Origin: Rebecca billardiae RCC1528
Taxonomy: Eukaryota; Protista; Haptophyta
DNA length: 64,000 nucleotides
NCBI GenBank assembly: GCA_965240325.2
Contig: OZ251231.1
Span: 496,001-560,000 of the forward strand
Direction of reading: 5' to 3'
Of this stretch, positions 33,374 to 46,439 are shown piece by piece. The position numbers were made by a program, and so were the translations under genes. The notes beneath the pieces were generated by a model that saw only the letters and a program-made list of their open reading frames with translations, did not search any database and was not told the DNA's origin. How positions within the stretch are numbered: position 1 is the stretch's first letter; every line of letters starts with the position of its first letter.

Positions 33374-35184
33374 GCTGTCGTCGTCGACCGTGCTGGCCGC
33401 GCAGCCGCAGCGCCGGCTGGCGGTGGCGCGGAAGCCTAGTGAATCCCTGAGGTGGTCTGCTGCATGTATGTGGTATCTAGAGTGCATGATGCCGTTAGCC
33501 CGACTCACACGGCTCACCAGACAGCGGCTCTGACTCGGCGCGCGCGCTGAGAGCCCGCGGGTCTGAAAGTTGAAGCATGCCGTCGGCGGCCCCGTCGTGG
33601 ACCTCGTGAGTCGTGGCGTCCGTGGGGCACATGGTAGTGGAACAAAGTCGTCTAAATGGTACATACCCGCTGGGTTGTACCTCAGGCACACCCTGGGGGT
33701 GCCGCCAGACGCGATCTCGAGCGCCGCAGACCCCCGGGGGCGCCGCCGCCATCGTGCACAAAAAGTGAACAGCAATCGGGTCCGAAAGTTGAAGCAGCGA
33801 CCTGTATCCCCAAACAAACCTTTTGCCTGGTTCTGAAACCTTTCCGGACCGCCAAACCGGCCGCACGATGGCGGATTCGGCATGGCGGTCCGGAAAGGCT
33901 CCAGAACCATGGCAAAAGGTTTGCCAATCCAAACACGCCGCTTGGGGAGAGCGACGCCCTGGGGGTCAAGCCTACACGGAAAATCGAGAACACACGAGAT
34001 GCCCATGTACTTGAGGTGACGTTGAGCGCCCGGTGTGCGAGCTCACTGCTGCCGCGGGGCCGCCAGCCGACGCGCACGGTGCACGGTCGTGACCGAGTGA
34101 TGAACAGGTCAAGGTGCAGTGAGAGGTGCAGTTTCAGACGCGTCGTGATCCACTCACGGTGGGCATCACGTCGGACCGTTGGCCGCCTGCGGCACCGGGA
34201 CGCGGACGCGGGGGCGAAGGCCGTGGCGTGCGGAGCGGAGCACGTTGGCGAGCGCCGAGCGACACCGAACTTCAACTTTTACCGCGACGCGAGTCGGCCT
34301 TGTTGTGGCCACGCAGCTCGCACGGACAAACATAACTACAAGATTCGGGCGGGCGAAGCTACCCTCCAACCAATCAGAAAGCACATTCGGTAGTCTGAAC
34401 TGCAGGGGATTCTAGCCTAAAATCGCGGCGCGATTCGTCGTCGCCGAAACACATGGCTGACCATTTGAGCGCACGAATGTTTCAGCGTACGAAGATACCT
34501 TGCAGTACGCTGAGATACCCCCGCGCCGTTCTAGATTCCCGAGATTGTGGGAGATGCCTACTCACTATTCCGTAAGCCGTCTCATGTTTGATGCGATTGT
34601 ATGCGGGAGAACGCAGGGTCGGCCGTGAAACTTTCAAACCAAGCACGGCAAGCGGGTACGGTGTGCGCCTCCGGACCTCAAGGGTGGGCTCGGGCGCTTT
34701 CAGCGCCCGAGCCTTTCCGCGTCCGAAACATTTAAGGATCCGAATTCAACGTCACACAACGGTGCTCTGTCAGAAATGAAAACCGCCAAGGGCCGTAAAA
34801 AACGACGATACGACAAAAGATTTCCCGGGCGGTGCGGTGCGGGTTGCTCACGGCCGGGGACCGACGGCGGCAAGTCGGCAACGGCGTGACGACCGACGAC
34901 TGCAGCACAGCGGCATCTCTGGGCACCTACTACCTCCGTATGATCAGCATCCTCCGTGACGGTCCGTCTCCAATCATTATCAGTAATTCGACAGACGAAT
35001 CAGGAGACTGGAGTGTCTGGACTCCAATGGAGAGCTGCGTCACGACGGCGGGGCGAGGACGACGGCGGGCGCTGGCGGCCTGGCGCGCCGCGAGGTGCGG
35101 AGGTGGCCGCTGCACTCGGCATCCACTGGCCGCGGCAGGCTGCTGCTGTCTAGTCTCTACGGAGCCGGCGGACGGCTCCGAATA

Positions 35185-35689
35185 CAGGCAATCGCGGGCA
35201 ATAAGAAGTCAGAGATCTCACGGCTAGCCTCGGTTTCTTAGCCGTTCGGTAGCCCGAGCGCCTACGGAGTCTCAGTTTCTTAGCTAGGTCCGCCCGCCGC
35301 GCAGGCGCGGGGGGCGCAGGGGGGCAGAGCCCCCCGCTGACTCTTTAGGCCCGGCCGGCGAGGCCGACGAAAATTTTGGGTCTTTTTGGAGCAAATCTGG
35401 CATGATGTTGCATGGATGCTGCGGTGCACTGGCCAGGAGTCAGTCATCAGGAGAAGTCGGGACTTGGCCTGTACTCGTAGTCGGGCCGCGCGCCGCGCCC
35501 CCGACGGGCCGACTGCGCCTCGCCCCTCGGCGGACCACTCGTCAGCCGGGACGACGTAGTCCCGGTTTCTTAGTGTGACTATGCGTATAGCGAACCAGCC
35601 AATCGCTAGCCTCAGTTTCTAGGCCAGATCCGCAGATAGCAAGCCCCAGTTTCTTAACGTGACAGCTTCTTATTGCCCGCGATTGCCTG
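35185..35689. mobile_element. Tc1/mariner-type MITE (505 bp)
   Basis: Perfect 24-bp TIR caggcaatcgcgggcaataagaag with TA on both sides; internal repeated gtttct(t)a motif about 5 times. Confidence 0.9.
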
Positions 35690-37630
35690 TAGTTAATGAT
35701 CCAGCAGTATTCCGCCGCGCATTCGCCCCACTGCTGGACCCCGACCTGGTCCCTGGCGCATTGTAAGTTCCGCATTACCCACCCATCAGCCGTCATTAAA
35801 TCAAGTATAGACCCGGCACGTCAATTATTATATTATTGATACATATAAATTATAATAACGGTGGTAATACATTATGGCCCGCGGTGCAGGGCGGAGCGCG
35901 CAGCGTGGAGCCCGCACCAGCGGGCCCGAACAACGTTTCAAAAAGATCTTTGATCAAGAAAAAAGGGACGGGGGACGATTTTCATGGCTGGAGGAGACCG
36001 AGTTTCGAATTTTGAGACTCCCTTACAGGTGCATTAGCGTCGAAAAAGGTCGCGCCCACGGCAAGTTCATAGTAAAGCGTGGAGTGACGCCCGTCCAAAA
36101 AACTTCACGCCCTTTAGGATCCCTAACGTAACGAACCGTTACAAGCGAATTTTTCGGCCAATGATATTCAAGGAGCGACGACGTTTGATGATCAAACTGT
36201 TGATCGCGCCACCACAACGCAATCTTCATACTATCTCCCTGGCCGCCCGTCGCCTGTGCCGGATCCCGACCGGGTCGGTAGGTTTGAGCCCGCTGAGAAG
36301 GGCTCACTCAGCAAGCCGAGGGGTGCCTCGCGCGCCGGCGGCGCTGCGCACGAGGCGTTCAATCCGACGGACTCAGCGCAGGTGCGCGCGGCTGCGGCGG
36401 GTCCCGACGGTCATCGGCGTCGCTTTCGTGCCCCGCTCACCCCGCGCGCCCCGCCCTGCCGATCCCTCTTCGGCCCAGTCAGTGCGGTTTCCAACCGAGC
36501 ACGACCGGCGGACCGACGAATCGATGTCAACGCCCGCGCGCGGAGAGCGGTCGGCGACGGTACGAGGAGGAGACCGCGGGGCATCCTAACGCGTGAATCC
36601 AGGCCTACTCCGCAGGTGACAGCAGCATGGGGTGTCCCTCGAGTTCATCGTTTATTGACTGCGCAGCCGTGAGCTGACTCACCGGTGCCAATGAAGCTGC
36701 CGAGTAGCTTCACTCATCGGACGATGCTCCTCGCGTGTGATATTATGGGTGCGAATGCGCGTGGCGCGTGGGGGCGAGGCGAGTTTCTCGCTGTGTTTCC
36801 AGCTGACCATGCGCGCGCCCGCGCGCGCCACGCCGCACGCCGCGCAGCTGAATTCTCGGCGTGTTGAAGCGCGGGGCCTCGCGAGGACGTTCCGGCTCAG
36901 CCGTCTGGCGCCGAGCCTGATCTGCAGTGCGGAGCCTTCGCCTGATGGACGTTTTGTCGGGATGTGGAGCAGCCACCACGGCCATCTCGCTCGCCCAAGC
37001 CCTCGCTCGCGCCGTCCATGGCCGAGCTGTGATGGATTTTGCTCTCGTCCGCCGCATCCGAGCTGTCTCGAGTCTCGACGGCTTGACTGGCGCATGGGCG
37101 GGCGTTTGGCGCGCGAGCTCGGACCGCGCGCTGTTAGAGCGGCGGCTCTCACTCACTCAGTGACTGAGAGCCAGCTCTCGGGCGCTGATGGGCACGACGG
37201 ATGCCTGACTGCCTGACACGAAAGCCCACAGGCTCAGATCTGCGCGGCCAGCGGCGAGTGGATGAGTCCGCGCGACTGATGCAGCGAGGTGGCATATGCG
37301 ACGGGCGACGCCGTGCCGTGGCGGTGACGGAGCGGGTGGCACAGCTGCACCGCGGGCCCCCAACTACGTTGGTTCTGACGGAAGAGGACCGCGGAACGCG
37401 GTCATCATTAAATAGAATATAAGTATATATAGGAAGGCGCGGACGCATTCTATGTGTCTGTTGCACTCTGTCAGAGCCGGTGACGCTTGTCCGATGCTGC
37501 CACGTCGTTAAATATATATATTATTTTCTTAAATAAAAAATAATAATAACTAGCCATCATAATTCATATGCTGACTGCTGCACATGCACCACCGCTCCCC
37601 GGGTCATGAGGCCGGCGAGCGACACCGACC

Positions 37631-38656
37631 TCAGGTCGACTGTGACGGCGATTGGGACGTGGGCGACGAAGACGCCTGCGCATCCGCTTGCAGAGCCGTC
37701 GGCGCGCCGCGGCCCCCGAGACTGCTCAGCACGTCGCCGCCCGTGCGCTCGAGCCCGCGCGACCAGGCGCGATAGTCCGCGGCGATCAGCTTTCCGAACT
37801 CCGGGAGCAGGGACTTTGTGAGCACGCGCAGCACCAGGTTGCCCGCGGAGCCGAGCACGAGCCGAGGCATGCGCGACAGGGGCGGCGGCAGGTTGAGCGC
37901 CACCGACGTGCGCGTCGACAGGTCCAGGGTGCCGTTGGACGCGGCGCGCGGGCCCGCCGCCCGGCGCAGGCCCGACGCCGCCCCCCTCGATGGCTGCTCG
38001 CCATCGGACCCGGGGGTCCATCGAGCCACCGCCTCGAAGTCGACCTCCATTGCCGCGCGCGAGATCGACTCAGCGAGGCGCGACGTGTTGGCAGCGACCT
38101 TGGAGGCGGCAAAGGCAATGCCGGGGGGCGCAGCCTCCACGGCCGGCGCCGCGGCGTCCGCGGTCGCGTCCGCGAGCGCGCTCAGGTCGTCGTCGTTCTG
38201 GACACTGAGCGTCGCCTTGCGCCCCTCAATCCGCAGCGTGCGCTGGCTGCTGTCCACGCGCACGCGCACGGCGCACGAGGCGCTGACGGTGGCGTTGGCG
38301 CCCAGCTGTATCGGCACGGTCAGCTGGTAGCGCTGCTCGCCTGGCGTGGTTGCCTTCAGCCGCTGAATGCAACGAGGATCGATCTCGATCCACTCCTCGG
38401 GTGGCAGCGCCATGTACGCGTCGAGCGGCCGGTCGGCCGGGGCGTCGTGATCGTCGACAGGCACCAGTGCCTGGCCGTTGGCGCGGAACGTGACTCGCTT
38501 GCCCCCTGGCACACGCTGGGCGTCCATGCGGAGCCGCGGGCTCAGCGCGGCGGCACGGCGCGCGAGGACGCGAGAGGAGCCGGCGAGCATCGCCCGTGTT
38601 GGTGCCAAAGAAGCCCCATGCAGTGCGAGCACGAGCGCCGCCGTCGCAGCCAACAT
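37631..38656 (-). CDS. DUF1997 family protein, probably plastid-targeted
   Basis: Signal peptide plus transit-like leader; LDAYMALPPEEW..IDP..IQRL; LNLPPPLSRMP..L..AGN.VL..L..DYRAW. Confidence 0.8.
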   Translation of the reverse strand: MLAATAALVLALHGASLAPTRAMLAGSSRVLARRAAALSPRLRMDAQRVPGGKRVTFRANGQALVPVDDHDAPADRPLDAYMALPPEEWIEIDPRCIQRLKATTPGEQRYQLTVPIQLGANATVSASCAVRVRVDSSQRTLRIEGRKATLSVQNDDDLSALADATADAAAPAVEAAPPGIAFAASKVAANTSRLAESISRAAMEVDFEAVARWTPGSDGEQPSRGAASGLRRAAGPRAASNGTLDLSTRTSVALNLPPPLSRMPRLVLGSAGNLVLRVLTKSLLPEFGKLIAADYRAWSRGLERTGGDVLSSLGGRGAPTALQADAQASSSPTSQSPSQST

Positions 38657-38819
38657 CGTGCGACGACAAGCGGCCGGTCGGCGATCGGCGAGCCTGCCGC
38701 GCTGGCGAGCCCGTCGCCACGCGCCGCCCGGGCCGGAGTTGAGAGTGGCCGGACGCGACCAAGGGAAATTCCGACCACGGCTCTCTTCTGATAAAATGTG
38801 AAATCCCCCTTGCTGACAC

Positions 38820-39953
38820 ATGTCGAGACTTCGTCCGTCCATCCCGCTACGAGCCGTCAGCGCTGCCGCCCGCCGACTGGGGACGCACGCCGGCCGAGAG
38901 CGGCTGGTGGTGCTCGATACGACGCTTCGTGATGGAGCATGCGCGCCCGGATTGGGGCTCACCCGCGAGGACAGGCTGGCCATCGCGCGGCAGCTCGGCG
39001 CGATGGGTGTGGATGTATGCGAGGCGGGCTTCCCGGCAACGCGGGGTGACGAGGAGTTTGGTCACCTCGTGGAGATCAGCGCCATGGCGCGCGCCGAGTA
39101 TCCGGACATGGCCGTGTGCGCGCTCTCGCGCCCATCGCCGCGCGAGCTCGACGTTGCGTACGAGGCAGTGAGCGCCGCACCGCGCCATCGGCTGCACACG
39201 TTCCTGGCGGCATCGGACGATCACCTCGAGGACGTGCTCGGCATGTCGCGCGTGCAGGCGGTGGAGGCGGCAGCATCGGCCGTCGTGCATGCTGCCGCGC
39301 TGTGCGCCGGCTCGACCGATGCGGAGAGGGCCGATGTCGAGTTCACGCCGTACGATGCGACACGCGCTGACCCGGCCTTTGTGTCGGATATGCTGCGCGC
39401 GGCAGCGGAGAGTGGCGCGCGCGTGCTCAGCGTGCCCGACTCGGCTGGTCGGGCTCTGCCGGAAGAGTTTGGCGCGCTCGTGGCCGAGCTCATGTTCCGA
39501 GTCGGCGGCGGCGCTGGCGGCCCCGACGCGACTCCCGGCGCAGGCGACGGGCTGCTGTGGTCCGTGCATTGCCACAACGACCTCGGCCTCGCGACAGCCA
39601 ACTCGCTGGCGGCCGTGCACGCCGGCGCTCGGCAGGTTGAGGCGACATTGCTCGGCGTTGGCGAACGCGCCGGCAATGCAGCCCTGGAGGAGATCGTTGC
39701 CGCACTGCGCGCGCGGCCAGAGCGCTTCGAGTGCGCACCGGCCGACTCTCTCACTGAGGAGCAGCTGGCAGCAGCGTGCATCCATCTGCTCACTCTGCGT
39801 GCCCGAGAAGCAGGGGTGAGCCTGCCGCCCGTCACTTCCGTCGCCGGCGCACACGCGCACCCGACAGTCCGTCGCGCAGACGCCATGCCGCAGTGCCACG
39901 ACGCCAAGCAGGCGCCCACAGCTGGGCGGGCAGCGGGGGCCGACGGCGACTGA
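38820..39953 (+). CDS. leuA: 2-isopropylmalate-synthase-like (DRE-TIM/HMGL-like) catalytic domain only, divergent
   Basis: DTTLRDG, GVDVCEAGFP, RLHTFLA, HCHNDLGLATANSLAAV, GERAGNA; no C-terminal regulatory domain. Confidence 0.75.
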   Translation: MSRLRPSIPLRAVSAAARRLGTHAGRERLVVLDTTLRDGACAPGLGLTREDRLAIARQLGAMGVDVCEAGFPATRGDEEFGHLVEISAMARAEYPDMAVCALSRPSPRELDVAYEAVSAAPRHRLHTFLAASDDHLEDVLGMSRVQAVEAAASAVVHAAALCAGSTDAERADVEFTPYDATRADPAFVSDMLRAAAESGARVLSVPDSAGRALPEEFGALVAELMFRVGGGAGGPDATPGAGDGLLWSVHCHNDLGLATANSLAAVHAGARQVEATLLGVGERAGNAALEEIVAALRARPERFECAPADSLTEEQLAAACIHLLTLRAREAGVSLPPVTSVAGAHAHPTVRRADAMPQCHDAKQAPTAGRAAGADGD

Positions 39954-41252
39954 TGGTGTGACTACTGCTGGGAGCAACAGCAGTGATGGTAACTCGTCAT
40001 CAGCAAAATACTATATATGCGCCGCGCTGCTGGCGCTGATGCTCAGATATCCGCCGAACCATCATTCGCCTTCATCCGGGTCCGCGGGGGCTGCGGGACG
40101 CGCGGCATCATCGGCACTCCGGGGCAGGGCGCGCGCGGCATCGCGCGGAGTATTATTATTATTATCATATTATACTTCTGGCGGCCGACTGCCAGGCCTC
40201 TCGCGGCAGCAGACACTCTGATGACAATTCTGCCACCGAGAGCCATCAATAACAGGCACGTAGTACAGTATGTATATAGCTTAGCTCAACGGGCGTCGTC
40301 ATTCATCATCACAAGTCATCGATATCACCAAATAATATCATATTATTATTATTGATGGCGATTTGAGCACTTGATTGCCCCGCTAGATGTGCTCTAGCAC
40401 AGCCCACTCCTTGACCATTCTCACGAGTGGGTGGCTGCTTGGCCAGCTCTCCATGCTGGGCTGTGGTGCCATCCAGAGTGCGAATGTGCAGCAGCCCAGG
40501 TGGGTGCAGCGAGGGGTGCTGCAGGCAGCAGTGGGTGGTCAGCTTGAAAATCCATGCAGGCCAGCCACCTGCAGCTAGGCTGCAGAGCTCTTGGCTGCAC
40601 CAGCCCCACTCCAGCCCCCTCAAGTCGGGTGGCTGGCCACCCACAGGGTGTCAGCGGGTGCTGCTGCTGGCCTCCCAGTGGCAGTGCAGGGGAGCTGACC
40701 CGACAGGTCTGAGGTCCTTGCGCAGGTGGGGGCGTGGGATTGGGCACTGTGCCACAGCAGCTGCATCCTATGAGCCCCCCCCCCCCCCCCCCCCCCCGGT
40801 GGTATGCAGCCCTTCCTAGGGGGTACCAGAACCACTGCCAAGCAAAATTTAGGCCTGATCTGTGTGGGCGCACGGCCCACGACCAGTGACGACAACCAGC
40901 AAGCGCGTCGACAGGCTGTTACTGTACGCCTGCAGCCGTGTGGCCTGCTGGTGTGCCCAACTCCAGCAGCCCACGCGCGCTGGGGCTGACGCGCTGGGTC
41001 GAAACCGTCGTGCACGGGCCGTGAGGGCCGCCCGGGCAGCCCAGGGGGGCAGGGTATGAGCAGTGGCGTGCAGCTCGTCAGTCATCATCATAGAAGTAGA
41101 TGTGATATACGACATCATCATATATATATATACGTTATTGATTGATTTATTATTTATTGAGAGTGATGAGCGACACCTGCTAAGTCAAGCTCGGTAGACG
41201 GCTCACACGCGACCCGGCATGCCCGCTGACCTCATCAGCAGCAGCAGCATCA

Positions 41253-44200
41253 TTATTCCCCCGGCAAGTCGTCATTCCGCGCAGGCCACACGCGATTGTC
41301 CGTCGCTGTGCGCGCATCATCTCTCGCCGGAGAAAGCCTCACAGGGACTGCGGGCCTCGCGTCGCTGCTGCCAGTGCTCGCCGAGCCGCCGTTGTTGACG
41401 CCGATGTCGTGCGAAATGTTGGCCCCGACCCGCGAGTGCACTGCCCCGCTGTGAGCAGCAGGCGGTGGCGAGCGCGGCTCCGTCTGCTCTGACTCGGTGG
41501 AGAATGATTTGAACAGCGACGCCCGGCGCGACATCGAGCGGCGCACCACGCTGAGCGGCTGCGCGATGTCGTCCACTGTGCTCATGCGCCTGCGCCTGCG
41601 CAGGCCGTAGATCGACTGCGCAAGCTCGTGCGTGCCCATGCCCAGCTTGCGCTCGAGTGCGAAGAAGCGCTCGCCCTCGCTCGACGCCATGAACGTGCTC
41701 GTCTCTATGCCCTTGACGAAGGCGAGCGTGAGCCCATCCTTCACCTCGTTCTGCAGGTCATCGTCGTCGAGGGACTCGATACTCTCAACGAGCTCGGCCG
41801 GCGGCACGGTGCGCAGCACGGCGGCGAGCGCCTCCACAATCTCGAGCGTGAGCGAGATCGGCTTGATCACGTCGGGCACCCTGTCGGCCCGCAGCTTGCG
41901 CTGCGCCAGCAGCCAGCGCAGCACATCGTAGATCAAGTGTGCGACGCACATGCAGATGACAGTGGCGATGGCGACGTAGATCGAGATGTCGAGCCCGAGC
42001 CGGAGCGTGGCCCCGACCGAGTCGGTCTGCGAGTAGAGCATGCCAGCAGCGATCAGGATGAAGAGGAACACTGTGTACAGATACACTGCGAGTGTGTTCA
42101 CGCCAGCGTGCTTGTACGGGCGGAAGGCGGTCTGCAGCCGGAGCGCGCCTAGGATGATGAGGGAGATGAGCATGATCTGCGTCGCACCTCCCAGACTGCT
42201 CCCAAAGTTGAGCACGATCGCGACGAGCAGCTTGCGCTGTGGCGGGCGCGGGCGCGCATCGGGGAGCGAGGGTGCGGAGAGCGTCGGTCAACCATGTGGT
42301 GTGTGCAGAGGCATGCAGCGCGTGCACACCACTGGCCCACCCTCCGTCGCACTCGAGCGGGCTCTGGGTCGCGCGTGCGTGGCGCGCGTGGGCGGCTCAC
42401 CAGCAGGTCGACGAATTCCCAGAAGAAGAGGCGCTCCTTGAAGCTCACCCTCACTGCCTGCGTGCACTTGCGCAGCGCGTGCGAGGCGCGCCGCCGGCCG
42501 AGCCGAAAGGCCACGGCGAGGCAGAGAGGGAAGCCGATCACGTACAGCGCAAGCATCGAGACGGCCACCGGCAGGATCGACGTTGCGTACTCATCGGACG
42601 CACAGTCCACCGCCGGGTTGGAGGGCATGGTGCTCGTGCCGTCCGGCTGCGCACGGCAGGCGAAGGCCTGCGCGGCGTGCGGTGCGCGCGTCCACTCGGC
42701 TCAGCTGCAGGGGTGGTCTGGTGGAGCGTGCAGCCCACCGCGCTGCACTCGGGCGCTCGCCGGCGCGCGTGGGGCGAGCGCCAGCGGGTCGCAAACACGC
42801 GCGCGCGCACTTCGAGGATGTGCCGAGCGCTCGAGACGTACAGCAGCGTGAGCGCGAGGACCGTGGCGTTGACCGAGTTGTACAGGCCAGCCCGCGCTCG
42901 CCTCCAGGCGGCCTCGAACGTTGCACCCCGCTCGGTGTAGACGGCGTACGGCCACTTGACGAGCAGCGTGACAGCGGCGAAGGCGGCGACGACCACGACC
43001 GGCATCAGCGCCTGGGTGCGCCAGAACGTGATCGGATGCGCCAGCGCGATGTACTGGCACTGCGGCGAGAAGAAGTTCAGGTCGAGGTTGACCCACGCAA
43101 TGCTCGCCATCACGCTCTCCATCCCGCGCGGCCACTGCACGCTCACGCCCAGCAGCAGGTTGAGCGTCTGCAGGAAGAAGAAGACCACCCCGAGCTCAGC
43201 GCCAAAGGACAAGGCTGACGATCGGCGCGCCCGGCTCTCGCGGCTGGGCCTTCCGCCAGTGCTCGGCGGGTTCGCCACGAGGTGCAGCGCGGCCAGCGCG
43301 ATGCCCACCAGGGCGGCTGCGCCGCCGGCGAGGGCTCGGTTGCCAGGCCTGCACTCGATGCACGCGCCGTGCAGCATGAAGTGGCCTTCGGCACACAGCG
43401 TGCACATGTCGCCGTAGTGCGCATGGCCGCACACGGCGATGCCGCCTCCAGGGCACGATGACTCGCTGAGGCACTGCAAGAACATCTCGGGCTCGTCTGC
43501 GCGCGCGTAGTAGCCAGGTGCGGGCACGGGCACAATGCGGTCCGCAAAGCCAGTGCCGAGACACACCCCACCCTCTGGGCACATGAGACATTTCTCGCCC
43601 AGCTCGAGCCCGCGCGGCGCGTAGTAGCCGTCGGTGCACACGCAGTCGGTGCGGTTATCGGCTCCGCGACGCGTGAACCACGGAAACGACGGATCGCCCG
43701 AGTGCACGAGATAAGCGGCATGCTCGACGCACCGACTGCACTCGAGCTGCGCCCAGTCCGGCTGGTATGAGTTCGACTCGCACTCGAGACACTGCGTGCG
43801 CTCGCTCGCGTAGGTGCCCGGCGGGCACTGCGTGCACTCCAACAGGCCATCCGTCGGCGCGACGTACCCGTCCGCGCAGAGCTTGCAATCGAGGGCGTCG
43901 ATGCTCAAGTGAGTGCCAGCCCTGCAGTCGTGCTGCGTGCCGTCGTGAGGTGGCTCAGCAGATCCGCCGCCGTACACAAACTGGACCAGCTGCTGCCATG
44001 CGCCCGCCGCGAAGCGAGATGCGGGAGTGGCGGTGTGCAGCTCGCCCGATGCTCGGTCGAGCTTGAAGTTGGTCATCTCGATGGTCGCCGACGCCGCTGA
44101 GCGGCTCTGTCCGGCGAGCTCGACGCGACCAGACGCGCCGTCGAAGGCATTGGCCTTCATGGCAGCGAGCAGCGAGCTGCTGTCGGTGGGCGTGCCACCA

Positions 44201-45288
44201 CTGGCAGCGAGGGCGCACGCGCCGAGGCCGATCATCGCCAGCGCGTCGTACGCAAACGCAGTGCGGTGGTGGATGGGGTCGGACAGGCTCCAGCCGAGCG
44301 CTGTCTCGTCGATCGGCTGGCCAGTCAAGCTCGTATCGACAGGCGTGAAGTTTCCCCAGCTCGAAGTGCGCAGCTCGGCCGTAAGCGCGTCCCACCTCGG
44401 CAAGCCAGGCTGGCCGCCGACGGAGAAGAACTGCGCGCCACCATCTAAGACCTCCTTGAACAACGGCTCGTCCATGTAGAGCGCGGTGTTCACGTCGTCT
44501 GACAGTATGTGCAAGTAGCCAGCGCCCGTCATGCCGTGTTGCTTGTAGAGACTCAGCATGGGCATGAGGTACAAGTCGAGCGCGAGGGAGACAATCACAC
44601 GCGGTGGTGTACCCTCGCCACCCTCCTTGAGCTCGCGCACCGCCCGTTCGAGATCAGTCAGCAAGTGTGGGTTGAAAGCACGCAAGTACGCCGAGACAGA
44701 GAGGTCGTTGAGCGCTTGTATCAACCCTTGCGAGAACAAGCTGCCGTACGGAGTCTCGTCGTGCAGCACGCCAACACGCCGAAACCCGTGCGCAACGATC
44801 CACTGCGCCATCGCCCTTCCAAGCACGACGTCGGACGGGATCGGGCGCACGAACATGTTGAACAAGTCTTGCCCCTCGAGCGCGGGGCTCGCCGACGAGG
44901 TGCCCACGATCGGCAAGCCAGCACCAGCTGAGCCGAGCAGCGCGAGGGGCGCGCTGCAGATGGAGTGGCCCGCGCCAACGAAGGCATGTTGCGCCTCGGA
45001 AGGCGACGGTGCGCCGAACGAGCCCCTTATGAAGGCACGAGTCGCCATGCCGCAATCTGCGTACGTGTAGTCGTATGCTGTCAGGTTGATCGTCACCGGG
45101 CATGACCCGAGAGTTGCGAACGCTGGCACGACGCGCCCATCGCGCGCGTTGAAGTGCTTCTGTGCGAGGAGCACGGCGGCAAACGCCTGCCCGCTTCGAG
45201 CCGGAGAGGAGGATAGGACCACTCCGACCCGCACTCCCCGCGTCGAGCAGACGAGGCTGACGAGCGCGAGCACGGTGACGCCACGCAT
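41253..45288 (-). CDS. Receptor-like protein: ANF-receptor (Venus flytrap) domain, Cys-rich GCC2/GCC3 repeats and multipass TM domain; introns at 42668-42810 and 42237-42400
   Basis: FVGAGHSICS, SSASPAL..F.RPIPSD, YGS and AYDA; CxxCPPGTY repeats. Splicing both GT..AG introns gives ILE-AFAC and FFWEFVDLL-RKLLVA, then RPYK..N. Confidence 0.85.
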
Positions 45289-45373
45289 GCCGGGCAGAGA
45301 CCAGTAAGGACGGGTGACGAACGCAGCGAATATTCTGATCTCACATCACTTCCGGTAGTAGCTACTGGTACTA

Positions 45374-46439
45374 CAGTTTACTATGTTTTAACGTGCACAC
45401 TTGGTTAAGGCGTGATTGACGCCATCCAACACTGCACAAAGACACCGCCACAAAACAGACCGGCGCAGGCAGGTGAGGGGCGCGTTGCCGCACCTCATCG
45501 AGGCGGCCATTGCAGCAAGCGGCCGCCCCGCGCTCGGAGGCACGCGCTCGGGAGCGCGCTCTGACACCACACGGGGAGGGTGCTGCACCTGGATGTTGTA
45601 TCCCAGCCACCTCGAGAGTGCAGCCGCGCCAAACACCTGCCTGCGCTGTGAGCGACGCCACGTCGACTGATCGAGCCCCAGCCGAAGGGAAGAACTGGAA
45701 GATGACATAGACAGAGTGAGGGTAAAGTACACACGGCACGGTCATTACTCATCAGAAACAACCTGAACCTACCGGGTGGAGCAGTGGCGGCAGGGGAACT
45801 TCCTGGAAGGGAAGCCATGGCGGGCGTGGGAGGCCGTCCCACCGCGATCCAAGGGCGCGAGTGCAACGTCCTGGACAGGGGGGCGTTGCACTCGCCGGTC
45901 GGCGTCGCCGTACGAGCGCGTGAGCGTGACTGGTAGCTTCCCTTCCGACTTTTCGACCGCTCTCACGTCCACGTCCACGTCATCGTGTGACCGACGCGCG
46001 TGAGGCTGCGCATGGGAAGGATGGGCAAGTAGTAGCGGCCAGGATCACCCTTCTGACGGCCGTGCTGACCTCGGGGGCATGCCAGGCGAGGGTGCAGACC
46101 TATCAACGTTCTGTCTGACCCCACAAGTCGTGAGTCTGACGATCAAAGTTGGCTGCGCGGTAGTCGTGTGACCGCCAGTCGGACACGGCTGCCGTGCTGA
46201 TACGCCTGGCGTGTGCGCGCCTGTCAACGGCGGGGTGATCAACGACCGGCATGGTTAGAAAGCTGGTGAGGACTGGTAGTAACCTTCTTTTGGGCCACGC
46301 TACGCGATTCGGCGACCTCGCCACGGCTCAATGCCCGTCCAGAGGCAGGGACGTGCCGCACTCCCTGGCCAGCCACCATCGCCGAATTCCACCATCTGGC
46401 CGTACAGTACTGTTGTGCACGTTAAATCATAGTAAACTG
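45374..46439. mobile_element. Non-autonomous Tc1/mariner/pogo-type element (1066 bp)
   Basis: 26-bp TIR cagtttactatg(t/a)tttaacgtgcaca with TA on both sides. Confidence 0.9.

Noticed and set aside
35870-37440. Possible further transposon (similar AT-rich segments at 29870-30600 and 33550-34840)
   Set aside because: Could not define convincing TIR pairs or TSDs by eye.
40981-41030. Hammerhead-ribozyme-like ctgacgcg..cgaaac..
   Set aside because: Core deviates (CUGACGC, no GUH triplet) and stem I cannot form.
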